From the human T2T-CHM13v2.0 reference genome, Homo sapiens, in NCBI RefSeq assembly GCF_009914755.1, contig NC_060932.1: a DNA stretch of 64,000 nucleotides. One strand, given 5' to 3'. A program made the translations under genes and the position numbers. The notes below the pieces were generated by a model, which worked only from the letters and a program-made list of their open reading frames with translations, searched no databases and was not told where the DNA came from. This document shows, one piece after another, positions 1 through 16,332 of the stretch (within the stretch, counting starts at the first letter, position 1; every line of letters begins with the position of its first letter).

Positions 1-403
1 CACAGTTCAAGCCATAACTGTTCCTCTTCTTCTTTTCTCTTCCAATTTGCTCAGACCCCTCAAGGCAATCTTTTATTCTCAATCTCTCTTCTACATGCTC
101 TCTACCTACCCCATCAGCCTACAAATTATCCCATACAGAATGGGAACACATAAGAATGGGCATGCCTAGGAAAAGAAGGCCATGTGCTTTGAAATTTAAC
201 TAGACCTGGGTGGAGTGTGAGCAACCCCTAAAATCACTCAGGAGGTATGCATTATCTTCAGAAGGTTTTTCTTCACTGTCCTTTATTTAAACCAGTTTGT
301 TTTCTTTCTCTCAAGCACCATCATTCAAGATAAATATTTCCCACATAGCATTTTCCTGTTTCAATCGTTAATATTCAAATTCTATTGCACTGTGATATAT
401 TTA

Positions 404-766
<363 letters not shown>

Positions 767-844
767 TCCTTATGAGATGGTAGCTATCTCTTCTCCCCTT
801 CTCACCCACGTCACTCCGCCCAAGACATCATTACAATTTTTTCT

Positions 845-1250
845 CTAAGTACTTATTGTGAACCAGTTATGTGCTGAGCACTGTGGTAGATGTGGGAGAT
901 ACAGAAGTGACTCATGATGTCTGCTATAATGAGAGGGCAGACAGACATAATGCTCCAAGCCTTGTAATCATGGTATTTGTAAGATGACATGACAGCACAC
1001 AAAATGCAGAGATTAATTAAGCATCAGGTATCAGAAGTCATCGGTCCCTATCCATGCAATAAAGGACAGCATTTTTGGTGAACATAAAATCTCTCAGTAG
1101 GTTGAGCCTAAGAAACCAAGCCCGGCCTTTAGAAGAGAAAGGCATTTTAGTACACTGCGGGAAGCCTGGGAGGCAGCTTGGAAGTGCAAGTGGGATACCA
1201 GGTGAAAGGGTCTTTGAGCAGTCTTTCATCCAACCACGGGCCTCAGTCTA
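845..1250 (-). mobile_element. L2 fragment (degenerate)
   Basis: AAGTACTTATTG..TATGTGCTGAGCACTGTGGTAGATGTGGGAGATACAG resembles the reverse of the L2 3' end. Confidence 0.55.
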
Positions 1251-1984
1251 CTGCTGTAGATTAGTTTGAATTTGTTAAGGACTTGGGTACACTAAAATGA
1301 TGGATGCTGTCTTTGACCTCAGGGACATGGACATTGCTCGGTGGAAATGAATGAAGTATTTCTGAACTTGCTTTAAAAATTGCAATTCAAGCCTCTTCAT
1401 CAATTTACAAGTATCATTATAATCATCCAGCCAATGAATTGTTGACACACTATTTCATTTGCCCTACAGATGACTATTATGAGCTGCAATGTGGCCAGTC
1501 ATCCATAGAAACTTTTCATTTTCTCTTGGTAGTTAGTTTCACATCATTTCCGCTTGCACCAATTCTTGCAGTTTGTTTAGGACTGAATTATTTCATCATT
1601 TGCCACATACTCACCAAGCTAAAACCTGGATGCACTGGCAAGTCAGCTTTAGAATTATCCTTTTTGAAAGAATAGTCTCAGAATGATGATTTTCACTTAA
1701 ATCATTTGTGTCATCAAAAGACAGAAAAAGTCTGCATGTTTATTGTCTATAAAGCCAAGGTTTGGTCAGGATCTTGTACACAGAGTCCTCTATTACCACT
1801 GATTTTTTAGTTTTACATTTCATTAATTAATAAGAGGTGAATGTATTCATGACCCATGTTGCACCAGCCAAATCCTACCTTGCCCTGGAATGGATTTCTT
1901 TCCCCAAAATTGTGATACAGGACCAAGAAATGTCAGAATATTAAAGCTGAGAGAGTTAGAGATCATCTTATCTATATCGATAAA

Positions 1985-2292
1985 TATTTTATATATATAT
2001 AATATATATATATATATATTTTAATAGAGTCTTGCTCCATCACCCTGGCTGGAGTGCGGTGGCACAATCGTAGCTCACTGCAATCTTGAACTCCTGGGCT
2101 CAGGTGATCCTCTCACTTCAGCCTCCTGAGTAGCTGGGACTACAGGCATGCACCACCATGCCTAACTAATTTTTTAAATATTTTGTACAGACAGGTTGCC
2201 CAAGCTGGTCTAGAACTCCTGGGATTAAGCAATCTTCCTGCCTTGGCCTCCCAAAGTGCTGGAATTACAAGCCTAAGCCACTATGCTTGGCC
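1985..2292 (-). mobile_element. AluJ with (TA)n-converted tail
   Basis: GAGTCTTGCTC..GCTGGAGTGCGGTGG..CCTCCCAAAGTGCTGG; AT microsatellite at 1985-2020. Confidence 0.9.
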
Positions 2293-2449
2293 CACCTACA
2301 TACTTTTATAGTGAAGAAGCTGAGGACAGAGAAGTTGTAAGACTGACAAGATGTCGCAGAATCCAAACCAGCATTCAGATCTCCAGACTCCAGTTTTGCT
2401 TTTAATGTTTCCCATTCTATTTTTTAAATTGTATTTATTTATTTTATTC

Positions 2450-2536
2450 CTTTTCTTTTTTAAGAGATGGAGTCTCTCTATGTTGCCCAGGCTGGTCTCA
2501 AATTCCTGGCCTCAAGCAATCCTCCTGCCTCAGCCA
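2450..2536 (-). mobile_element. Alu monomer/FLAM fragment
   Basis: GAGATGGAGTCTCTCTATGTTGCCCAGGCTGGTCTCAAATTCCTGGCCTCAAGCAATCCTCC. Confidence 0.8.
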
Positions 2537-2557
2537 TATTCCCTCTGACCCCGGCTA

Positions 2558-2800
2558 TATTTTTTAAGTGGACAAATAATAATTGTACATATCTGTGGGG
2601 TACATGGTGATGTTTTAGTACATATAATGGATAGTGATCAGACCCAGCTAAGTAGCATGTCCATTATCTCAAACATAATTTCTTTGTGTTGGGAACATTC
2701 AATATCCTCCCAGCTGTTTGAAACTATATAGCATATTATTGTTAACTATAGTCATCCTAGAGTGCTACAGAACACTAGAACTTATTTCTTCTATCTAGTT
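2558..2800 (-). mobile_element. L1MA 3' end fragment
   Basis: GACAAATAATAATTGTACATAT..GGGGTACATGGTGATGTTTT..TTGTTAACTATAGTCATCC matches the reverse L1MA 3' UTR. Confidence 0.75.
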
Positions 2801-3154
2801 ATTTTTTTCCCTCTGTTCCTGCCCTCGTCTTTCTCTCCCTGTGAGCCACATTAAGAATTTTGATCCTTATCTAAAAAGATCGCTAATCAATCAAAGGATT
2901 TGAAGCTGCCTGAGCATGATGTGATTTCTACATATTTTTTAAAAACTCCCTAGTGACAAGTAGAGAGGGAATTGAAGGGAGCACTGAAGGGTTTGCCCTA
3001 GCCACAGCCCTAAAGTGGCCCCCTGTGCCTCTGGAAGCCCCTCCACCCTAACCACAGCTCAGTGTCCTTGGAGGGTCACTTGACCTAAGGGCAACCAACC
3101 AGCAGCTATGACAGAGTCTGCCAAGACAGAGATGTGCTGGTTACTACTCTCTCT

Positions 3155-3262
3155 CCATGGAGATTCTGGTTGAGTCCTCAGGGGTGAGACCATAGAAATC
3201 TAGATCTTTAAAAATTGCCCCAACTGATGTAAATAACAAGCCAGTCTTGGGAGCCACTACTC
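3155..3262. mobile_element. MER5-type hAT-Charlie fragment
   Basis: GAGATTCTGG..GCCAGTCTTGGGAGCCACT terminal motif. Confidence 0.5.
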
Positions 3263-4274
3263 TGGTAAATTTGAATTAAAAGATACAGAAACAATTCTCA
3301 GCCGTGGTGGGTACTAGAAGAGGGTTGTTGTAATATAACAGCTTGAGACCATTTTAGGCCAAGTGCCAAGTGAGTGATTAGAAGGTGTTGCTTGGGGGAT
3401 AGAGGAACTGAAGAGAAAGAGTCAGAGAAGGAAGAAAGGAACTCTTTCTGAATTTCCAACTGCCAAGGACCGGCTCTACTTTATTTCATGTCCCCATAGC
3501 TTCTAAGAATATTGGATCTTTACAGGAATCCTTCCTCCCTCCCTCTCTGTGTGTGTGTGTATGAGTGTGCACTAAGTTGAGTGGGTTTCTGGTCCTTGCT
3601 ATTGAACACTCATCAAATTGGAGGAACTGTATAATGTCAGAATCTTTCCTCATTTTTCCCTTCCCTTAACTCTGCAGTCTCCCTAATTCTCCTCCAACCC
3701 AACCCACACCTTTGTCAAGGTCTTTTTCTTTTCCCAGGAACTGATGATCTAATCCAAGTCAGTGTCCTTCAATGTCGTCACACCAATGACAAGGCTTTGG
3801 TGTGATATCTACAAGCAGGCACATTTCCATTTGCAAATCCTCCCAGAATTCCTGTAGCACAAAGAACAATGGGTTCTTGGAATGTGTAGGGGCCAGAGTT
3901 AGCTGAGGAGGAGGGCAGTTGATGAGGGACTCGTTGAGGGTCTGCTTTACTTCACACTTTTCAATCACACCTTATTGGTCAAGATCAGAAAAGCCTGCTC
4001 AGAGAAATAGCTCTGATTTCAGCATCTATTCACACCCCTGAAAGTTTAACCCCAAGTCACCATCAGGAACAAAAACTTTAGTACTGACCTTCTCAAGTAA
4101 CTGTGACCTAAAAATCACATTGGATTACATGGTCTAAGAGTTAGCTCTTTGTAGATAAAACTTAAATATCTCTACTGAAGAAAACAAGAGGAAGCTTCTA
4201 TTTAGAACTGGGTCAAATTGAGAAAAATGAAAGTCGTTACCCTCAAGACACTTTATTTCTAGCAGAGTTACCTA

Positions 4275-4350
4275 CACATACACACACACACATACACATA
4301 CACACACACACACAGAGTGAAAGAGAAAGACAGAAAGGAGAGAGAGAGAG
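4275..4350. repeat. (CA)n followed by (GA)n microsatellite
   Basis: read directly from the sequence. Confidence 0.9.
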
Positions 4351-6016
4351 AAGTAGATGGAAATTCTGGAAGAATTTTTACTAGAATGTTAACTGAGAAA
4401 CTTTGGATAAAGCAGTTCATGTTTTTATTTTGATTTGGTTTTGCTTATTTGTATTTTCTTAATGTTTTATAATATTTACAATACTACTGCATTAGCATTA
4501 TAAGAAATTTTTTTAAGAAAGGAAGAAAAGAAAATAAGCCCCCCCAAAAAAAGGAAGAAAAGAAAAAGAAAAAGAAAAGGAGACAGGAATGGAGAGAGTA
4601 AGGTCGGAAGGGACAAAGAGAAGCTTGGGAAAAGGTACTGTCAGTGTTTAGACCCCACAGTCAGTCCCGATGTGTGTTTTGTTGTCTTGTTCTGCAGAGT
4701 AATGTGTTTCCAAACTTGATGTGTGAAATGTGGGGGCTAAATGCACCACCAGGAAGAGGAGAACAGAGGGAAGCCATCTGCATGCGGAGAATCTCTTCTA
4801 ACAGAGGGGTTACTCAATAGCAAAAACACTTTGTTCCTGTTTCAAGTTTAAATTATAGCCACAGCAATATCGAAAACCCGAAAAAAGGATCTTTCAGGTC
4901 AACTTCAAAGAGGAGCTGAGATGTAGGATCTGTCAGGGGAGAGCATGCCACACCTCCACCTCCACACTGGGACCCACCCAGGGCTGGGACTACAGATGCG
5001 CAGGGCTCACTTTGTTTACTCTCCAGGGATTTAACTGATGGAATCAAGATGAGGGCACTTTGCACATGCTGCATTTTTCTGTTTTTCTTTTCCCCTCTTC
5101 TCTCTCTTGCTTATTTCCTTATATCTGTGTACTCTTGAAAGACATTCTTTTTCCTTCCCTCTCTCCCTCTTTCCCTCTCTCCCTCCTTCCCTCTCTCCTC
5201 TCCCTCCCTTCCCAACTTTCCTCTCCTCTAAGGGCCTTGAATGAGAAGCTCCTAAGACCAGAAGCTGCCTGGTTGTGTGATTCCATGATTCACAACTTCA
5301 CTCCTGGTTGACTAGTTGGTAATACACCTTCCCTGGTTTCCAGGTCCTGGCTGGGGACTGACCCAGAGCTAACTTCTCACTCGAGTGATCACTGAATCAT
5401 TTAGGATTATTAAGAATTCTTTTAATTTTATTTTTAAGATTACCTCAAGGATCATTAAGATCCTTATAATTTTCTTTAGAAAAATAAATGTACTTTAATA
5501 TCTTGGATACAGATAAGGCTAAAGCAATACCAAACAGGTCAGATAAAACTGCAGTGTAAATTCCAGGCCTCTGATGCCAAATTTCAGAAAGGACATTTCC
5601 CTCTTACACAAAACACTGACTAACAATGGTATTTTTGTTTTTAATGCTTACAAAGCACTTTTGCATTATATTGGGTGAAGCTTTCTACAACTCTGAGGGA
5701 AACAGGGCACATGTTATATTAACCCCAGTTTACAAGGGTAGGAAACAGAGACTAAAAGAAGTCAAGCGGCCTGTGGAAGAAGGTAGCCACCTGGGAAAGA
5801 ACTGAGGTGCAGCTCTTTGGCCCACATCGGGGGCTCCTCCACACCAGCCACCATTCACTTCCATTCCCAAAGAGAAAGAAGCTCCTTGCCCAGAACTTGC
5901 TGCACTGTGCCTGCCAGCACCATGGGTGGGACAGGACTGGAGGGAAAAGTTGGAGGCTGCCTAAAATAAACTTCTAACAAACTTTTATTTTTCATGTTTA
6001 ATAATTATTTATTTAA

Positions 6017-6328
<312 letters not shown>

Positions 6329-6335
6329 CTAAAAA

Positions 6336-6626
6336 TTTTTTTTTTTTTTTTAAGAGACGGTGTCTCTCTCTGTTGCCCAGGCTGAGTGCAGTGGCATGAT
6401 CACAGTTCATAGCAGCCTTCAACTCCTAGCCTCAAGCAATCCTCCCACATTAGCCTCCCAAGTAGACAGGACTATAGGCACTCACCACATGCCCAGCTAG
6501 TTTAAAAAATTTTTTGTAGTGACGGAGGTCTCACTATACTGCACAGGTTGATCTGGCCTAAAGTGATCCTCTCACCTCAGCCTCCTCAAGTGCTGGGATT
6601 ACAGGCATGAGCCACCTTACCTGGCC
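6336..6626 (-). mobile_element. AluJ, head-to-tail with the preceding Alu
   Basis: poly-T then GAGACGGTGTCTC..CTCAAGCAATCCTCCCAC..GAGCCACCTTACCTGGCC. Confidence 0.9.
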
Positions 6627-7988
6627 CTAAGAACACTTGATAACTCACTCCAGAATACATTTAAAAAAAAATACTTACAGTCTTAGAGACATAGGAAATC
6701 AAAACATTTACATTTACATGAGGTATTTTTATTGTAGGAAATTATGATAGGGTGGTTAGCAAAAACTTTGAAGCAGAACAAGATAAGAGGATAAAATTCT
6801 GTGGGAGAAGTGGAATGGAAATACAAGTCCAAGGAGGCAAAGAAGCACTGCAAACTTTCCCACCGTTAGGAGAGAACTTTTCCATGTATTACAAATGCAT
6901 GACAGTGGTTATAAAATGACTACCATATCTGTAGCATAGTGGATTTATTTAAGAGTAATTATAGTAGTGTTATTTATAAGTGCCAATATTTACAATACAA
7001 TAAAAATTACAGCTTTTGCATCAAAATAAAAAAACTTATTTGTCACATTTTTTAAAGTATGGGGATACAAAGTTTTTCAACATTCCTTTGGTGGGGAGTA
7101 TAAACAAATATTTTGATGACCACTGCATTAGAGAACTGGTGGCCTCATCTGAGGGTGGGAGGAGCCCTGAAATGTGCTTTTCTTAATAAACTACTTAGTG
7201 GGAGAGAGAAAGTTTCAATAAAATAATACAGGTCAATTGCCAAATTGGATATGACTTCATTTTAAGTTAGACAGGATCCTACTTTTTAAAAGCCACAAGT
7301 GATCAGAAAGTTGTGGATGAGGGATTTGACAGAGTACTTTAAAAAGCAACGATTGAATAAAAAAATTGGACTATTTTGTGTTTGTGATCAACTAAATTCT
7401 GACTGTTCAATAAGCCATTTATGCAGTATATTTCCACTAAAAACATAGGCCTTTTCCTTTAATTAATTCAGCTGAGCAGTGTCAATATGCTAAGGAGAAC
7501 CATAGAAGATTGTCTATAAATTGGGGAAACCCACCAGTCAGTCTGCATGTCCAGGAAAGGGGGCCAGCAGTAAGGGCTTCTCCTAAGTTCGTAGAAGTGT
7601 CAATAAGGGATCCCAGTAGTGAGATGCCCTAGGGTGCTGGAGGGGGTATGTCTTGAAATATGTCTCTTAATGAGTTAGCTGGAATTTTAAAAAATTCATT
7701 CATGTATCCATGGATAAATATATATTTATTGCCACAATGAGCTAGAGTTAGTATAAATTTACGAGAGTGGAAGGTGTTTTGTCATAGCAAAGCCCCTCAG
7801 CCTCTTGAACATCATTTAAGTATTCTATAATCAAAATTATTTTTAATAATCAGCTTACAACTCAAAAAGGACTTCCTTCAATTGTATTGAGAGCAAATAT
7901 TTGGCAACCACCTGAACTGCAAAAATACATGTTACCTGATCATTAGAATCACTCACTTTCTCAAGACCAGCATCAAAACCATCTGCCA

Positions 7989-8355
<367 letters not shown>

Positions 8356-8489
8356 TCAGATGCAGGACAATGCAGTATGGTAAGATTAGAGATAGGTTGT
8401 ATCTTCCTCTTGTAAAATGAAAGTGGGATGCTCATAAAAGGAGAGGTGGGAAATGAGGGTCTCATAATAATAAAGATATTCTGCAGTCA

Positions 8490-8630
8490 ATTTTATCCCC
8501 ATTTTATAGAGGAGGAAACTGGGAACGTAGGGGATGAGACACTTTGCCTGAAGACTGCTTGCATAACTGGAAAAGCTTGACTTAAAACCCACACTGCTCT
8601 GATTCCCAAGTCTGTAGTCTTAACTGTTAT
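8490..8630 (-). mobile_element. MIR
   Basis: CCCCATTTTATAGAGGAGGAAACTG core. Confidence 0.7.
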
Positions 8631-9046
8631 GTCTCCCAGGAGCAACTACATGGAAAGTGACCATTTGTAGCCCATTTTAATCCCAAGGATGGCTAGCAGG
8701 GGTGCTCCCTGAGTTCCCATCCTTCTAGTATCTTTGCCTTGCTGTGTCCTGCACACCCATCACACCCATCCACTCTCCTTGATCCTCCTCTTTTTGTTCT
8801 TCTCATTTTTCTTTAGGTTTACCAATGTCTTAAGACCTCTCTGAAGGTACCTGCATGCACTGCATCATTCCTCTCAGGGTTAAAAAACTGTGCAGCCTGT
8901 CTTGTGGGGAGAATATTCAGGATTTGGACCTGTTTTCTAAGGTCACATTCCATTCCTGGACCATTTTTTTCCACTGAAGCCCACACAAAGTAATTAATAT
9001 CAAATAGTAAGACAAGGTCTTCAATAATTAACACCTGGAAAGAAGC

Positions 9047-9173
9047 CAGCCAACTGACATCAAAGCCAGACTCTGTGTAATTTGGTATCATGAGCTGGAC
9101 AAATAATGAAGAAAAGAACATGTAGTCACCACTCGAGTATTTGGGCTGTAGCAGCATAATAAAAGCTGGACAA
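9047..9173 (+). repeat. Unique-sequence donor of dispersed duplication A (copy at 10772-10904)
   Basis: CAGCCAACTGACATCAAAGCCAGACTC..AATAAAAGCTGGACAA aligns to 10772-10904 at about 82% (hand count). Confidence 0.9.
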
Positions 9174-9794
9174 CAAGCAAAGATAGGACATAGGAAATTG
9201 GAAGCAGCATGGAGTGGCAATGTGGACAGGGGTAGCTAAACTGAAGTGACACAAGAGTTGGAGATGGGACATCCTGGAAAATATGTGGCCTGCAGGCAGT
9301 GGCAGGCTTTATATGGTTAAAACCACAGATTTCACTGAGCTCTCCTGGGTTCCATGCTGGCAGTGAAAAAGCGGCACTTGGTATAGCCAAACAATTGTTC
9401 TGAGGTCAGTTCTATTCCATTCGGGCTGGCTGTAGCCAGGGGCATGAGGAGTGATGGCATATTTGGTATGAAATGGGCAGAAAGCCCCACTTTCATAAAT
9501 ACCATCCCCTGTATCTACTGCCTCATTATGGGGCTTCAAATTTCCCCCACTAGTCACCCTTCTGGATTAAAGCACTAGAGGTGTCTGCTACAATGTGTAC
9601 ATTGAGAGCATGTTGGAAGATTCTGACAACAGAGACACTTATTTTTTTTAAAACTGACATTAGCAGTTTTCCCCTGTCTGGTTAGGTTTCCCTCTTCCAC
9701 CAATCAAGCTGTTTCATGGCACCTGCATTACTGGGGAGCAGGGCATGCCCACCTGCCCGGCAAGCCACAGAGGCCCAGGCCATAAACGCAGTGA

Positions 9795-10569
<775 letters not shown>

Positions 10570-10714
10570 ATTTCTTGCTTTTTAAAGCAAGTATTTCCTC
10601 AGAATTTTCTTAGGTGTACTGAAATATCCAAGAGAATACCTAGATAATATACCTTCTATTTCAATGAAGTATGAAATGCTCACTGGCAAGTGAGTGATTC
10701 ACTTCTGCTTTGTA

Positions 10715-12105
<1,391 letters not shown>

Positions 12106-12274
12106 TAAAATTGATGTTTATTGCCTCACAAAACCATTCATAGTTGGTATTTTCTGACTTTTAGGGTAATGGTCTGTATCTTGCCTTGTTCTTGTTAGAG
12201 CTCTCATTCTGATTCCATTCCAAGAGAAATGTTAAGGACTTTCTTTTGATACTCTTCTCTGATCACAATTCCCA

Positions 12275-12460
12275 TAATAATAGGGCTAACATCTATTGAG
12301 TTCTTACTGTGTGCTAGGCACTGTTTGAAGTGCTTTGTTATTAATTCATCGAATCCTCATGAAAAGCCTATGAAATACCTTTCACAGAGGAAAGAACTGA
12401 CACACCTAGCTCCAACACACAGTTAGAAAATGAAGTAGGGATTTAAACCCAGTTTGGATA
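12275..12460 (-). mobile_element. MIR
   Basis: AATAATAGGGCTAACATCTATTGAG..TGTGCTAGGCACTG..GGATTTAAACCCAG. Confidence 0.7.
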
Positions 12461-12859
12461 GGCATCAGTGTAGGTAAAATAAGAGTGGGCTGAGGTAGTC
12501 CTCAGCTAAAATTTCTGCCCTGTTAATAAACTCTAAAAGGTAGTTTTCAGGTCAGTTTATATTTCAGCTTCTTTAAAGCTATTAGGACAGGAAGATGAGC
12601 TCCTATGTGAAGAACTGAAATGCGGTCAGGAGAGCAACAAGCATGCTGAGAGTCTTAAAAATTTACCTATGCAAATAGAAAAGAAGTGGACAAAAATAAG
12701 CACCCGTAGGGGTGAAATGGACAAACTTCAGTGAAAAACTGTGGGTTTCTACTAATGAATGGGATCAATGATGCAGAAGGTGTGAGGAATAGGAGTGCTA
12801 GTCTTATCAGTGCTAACACCGAGATCTCAATCAAGAGAACCCACAGACTGTACTGTTCA

Positions 12860-13002
12860 TTCTCTCTCTCTCTCTCTCTCTCTAATAGAGACGGGGTCTT
12901 GCTATTTTGCCCAGGCTGGTTTCAAACTCCGGGGTTTAAATGATCCTCCTGCCTTGGCCTCCCAAAGGGTTGGGATTACTGGTGTGAGCCACCGTGATGG
13001 CC
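12860..13002 (-). mobile_element. FLAM/Alu monomer with (TC)n tail
   Basis: GAGACGGGGTCTTGCTAT..CCTCCCAAAGGGTTGGGATTAC. Confidence 0.85.
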
Positions 13003-14524
13003 TCTGTTTAGTTTCTCATCAGGAAAATGGGTGAACATGCTCACAGCTTATGGATGCATCACTGGATAAACTTAATGAAAACCAGAACACCAAGAGCTGC
13101 ACAGCAGGAAATTTTTGTAAAACATAAAAGCTCAGTAGTCTATTCTATATTTTAACACAGAAGAAAAAGCCATTCTTATTACACTGAGGAAGACAGTTTT
13201 GGTAACTGGATTCATTAAGCACAGCATATGCCCAAACTTCTTCCTGAAAGTATGCTAAGTAGCCTTTGCTAATGCTATTGGTTCAGTGAAATGCAAAAAT
13301 AAACCTAAAAACATTAATATGTTTTAATATAAATGGGTCCTGAACATGAGATACAGCACATTCCGCAAAGCCTTTATTTCCCTACCCACTGTCATCTCTT
13401 TATTCACTTAACTCCAAGTCTTTTCCCCTCACTAAAAATTACTTCTAACTCTACAGCCAGAACTGAAGTATAGGAGAAAGTGTTATAAACTGAAGAGCTA
13501 AATGCCAGAAAAAAAGGGGCGGGGGGTGTTTGGAAAACAAAATTGACTTGAATCAGAGAGCAAAATCAACAAGAACAAGACAGGAACGAACTGCCCAAGG
13601 GTACAGGTTTGATTGTTCAGTGGACTTTGTAAATAGCCAATCATCTACTGTAGAGGCCTTCATTTTTCAACTGTCAGTAGATATAGAACACACAGATGTT
13701 TGATCAAGATAAATATGAGAGACAGCTTTGAAATTCACCACAACTGCTGTGTGAAAGCAGCTCAAGAATGGCGGCCAAGAGCAGTGAAGTGTTTCCATGC
13801 GTTTAATAAAATCCCCTGGGCATGTTGTCAAACGATGCTCTTCTCAGAATCTGTCCACCAAGGGGTAGATAGATATCTTCATGGGAAAGTTGTTGGAGGG
13901 AAGAGAGATTAGCAGACAGAGAGTGTGGAAAGATGTCCCTGTGGAGTAGGGTTTGGAAAAAGTTCTGTAAGGAAAAGATGGGGTGATGGGCAGGAAGGAG
14001 GTGGGAGGCTGCTTCAGCTGGGGTGGGGGGTGGGGAACACAGACGTCCAGAAGAACAAGAAAGAGGTCAACAGGTTGTCCCCTTAGACAAAATGAGAAAC
14101 AGGAGCCCAGCGAGGTGCATGGGATGAGATTGCCACGGTGTCCTGGCACACAAGTGCAGAGGAGGGAGCTGACTTGGGAGGCAGAAAGGAGTTGTGGTGG
14201 GTCAGAAAACCTGAGGGGGAGATTGTTTTGGAAACAGCATTTTGACCTCAAAAAGTAAGAGAGCTGTGCAGGTAAGAGCATGAGTGAAAGGCTGCATGTA
14301 ACATTGGCAAGGTCTGTCCTTAGAAGCAGGTTTTTTGGTTTGTTTTTTGTTTGTTTGTTTGTTTGTTTTACTCTAGTTCGACAGGTAGGGCAAAAGACCA
14401 CGGTGCTATCTATACAGAATGTTGGAAACCTTTCATGTAACATTAATCCCCATGGGCTCAGTCATCCCCAATCCCATGATTTATTTAGTTGGCAACAAGA
14501 GGTGTAAAATGCCAATGTATAGAG

Positions 14525-15059
14525 CAGTGGTTCTCAGTCAGGGGTGATTTTGCCCAGGGGACATTTGACAAGGTCTGGAAACATTTTTGGTTGTCACAGC
14601 TTGGCGGGGGATTAAGGGGAGTGTGGGCACTGCTAGCATATAGTGGGTAGAGGACAGGGGTGCTGCTGAACACCCTGCAATGCTCAGCACTTCTGTTTCT
14701 CAAGAGTGTTGGGCAGCCCTTCAAAGTCACAACTCTGAAGAAACACTGGGTTTTGGTTACTTCAAGCATAGTGCTTGGCCAGTGGCTTCAGCAGAGAGGA
14801 GGAGAGTTGTGGTGTTTGTCAGAGGAGAACTTGATGGAGATACACACTTTCTCTGAATATTTATATATTTTGAATTTTTTTATTCTTAAAATTTAAAATA
14901 GCCTAAATATTAAACACTTAACATTTTTTATTATGCATGCTTATATACTATAATTTTAAATGAAAATTAGTTTAAAATCCAATAAAAAAGAAGACAGTCG
15001 CCCACAACAAAAAATTATCTAGTTCAGAATGCCAATCGTGCTAAGGTTGGTAAACCCTG
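14525..15059 (+). mobile_element. MER20 (hAT-Charlie) split by a ~305-bp insertion
   Basis: CAGTGGTTCTCAG..GGGGACATTTGAC..GTGGGTAGAGGACAGGG..CAATGC; resumes at about 14993 GACAGTCGCCCACAAC..AAACCCTG; flanks GTATAGAG/CTATAGAC. Confidence 0.9.
14681..14949 (+). repeat. Dispersed duplication B copy (partner 16152-16332 plus 16448-16543)
   Basis: direct alignment by eye over about 270 bp. Confidence 0.95.
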
Positions 15060-15234
15060 CTATAGACTGATCCATCGTTTCCCTTTTCTTATACTCCATG
15101 CCCAGGACACACACACACACGAATGCACAAACATGTGCGCACTCACAGGCGAATGCAGGAATCTGGGTCTGGGTCTGAGTTCCAGGTGCCAAGGCTTTGG
15201 GCTGTCACCTAGAGGCTAGGGTGACTGAATAACA

Positions 15235-15480
15235 GCAGTAAGAGCTGCTGACCTTAACTATTGTGTGTCAGGTACTGTGCTTTTCTCGTAGCTCATTGAA
15301 TCCCTGCGGCAGCCCTGGAAGTGAAGCCCTCGCAGTCTGACTTCCCAGAGGAAGAAACTGAGGCTCAGTTAGATGATGTATGTATCCAGGGTCCTATACT
15401 CAACCCTTCAGAGGGCTTAGACAGGATTCAGAGCCACCTCTGCAGACTCCAAAGCCATGAGACGGCTTTAACATCCATTG
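15235..15480 (-). mobile_element. MIR
   Basis: CAGAGGAAGAAACTGAGGCTCAG..GACTCCAAAGCC. Confidence 0.7.
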
Positions 15481-16332
15481 TAATGCAAAGCCAGGAATAT
15501 TTCGCTGAGGTGGAAAAAGGGCATTCAATAAACTCTCGGCTTTATTGTTTAACCGACGGCATTTTGGTCTGCTCCTGACTTCCTTGAGTGCCAGAGAGTG
15601 GATGAAACTGAGTGAGGCTCAGGGGTGGGCTGAGGGACACAGGCTTCCAGGTATCTGTCACTTCAGGTTTTATGAGGTAATGAAAATAAAGCAACGTTCC
15701 ATCAGCCTGCCTGTGGCCTTTCTCCTGCCACATTTCTTCCATCGTGTGTCATCTTGTGTGTGGTGTGTGTGTGTGGGCAGCCTGCTTTTGTTTTCATATA
15801 TAACAAAGTGTTCTCTCTTCCTGACTACTCCCATCCCTTCCCCATGCTCTCTCAGCACCACGTACATTATCAGCCCAACGCCACACCCTCAGCAAGCATT
15901 TCATAAATGTTAGCCGTTATTACTATTATTTCTTCGTCCCGGTGCATTACAATGTGAGGCTGTACAGTCCGTTTATCCATCTCCTCTCCAGAGCTAGAAC
16001 CTCCTGTAAGACAGGGACTGTATCTTACTTATCAGTGAAATCCAGCTCCTGGTGGGTGGCTAACAATACATATCTATTGAATGACTACTCCATTGGAAAG
16101 TAGATCTCAAACACAAAGTTGTGATGGCTCACAATGCCTAGTTGGTGCCTTTGCTCAGCACTTCTGTTTCTCAAGGGGGTTGGGCAGTCCTTCAAGTTAT
16201 TTCTTTATAACTCTAAAGAAATATTGGGTTTTGGTTACCTCAAGCATGGCGCTTGGCCAGTGGCTTCAGTAGAGAAAAGGATGGTTGTGGTATTTGTCAG
16301 AAGAGAACTTGATGGAGACATACACTTTCTCT

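Noticed and set aside
8819-9557. Overlapping minus-strand ORFs (133, 100 and 82 aa) as a pseudogene or exon
   Set aside because: No recognisable protein family in the frames I translated; stops are frequent on the + strand.
9741-9767. GGGCATGCCC as a p53 element
   Set aside because: Single perfect half-site; the partner half-site is mismatched and spaced by 7 bp.
12709-12720. GGGGTGAAATGG shared with the orphan insert at about 11523-11534, as a possible local donor
   Set aside because: Only 12 bp exact and the flanks align poorly; compatible with chance.
13844-14443. 199-aa minus-strand ORF
   Set aside because: Low-complexity composition, runs through a (TTTG)n repeat, no domain or exon boundaries.
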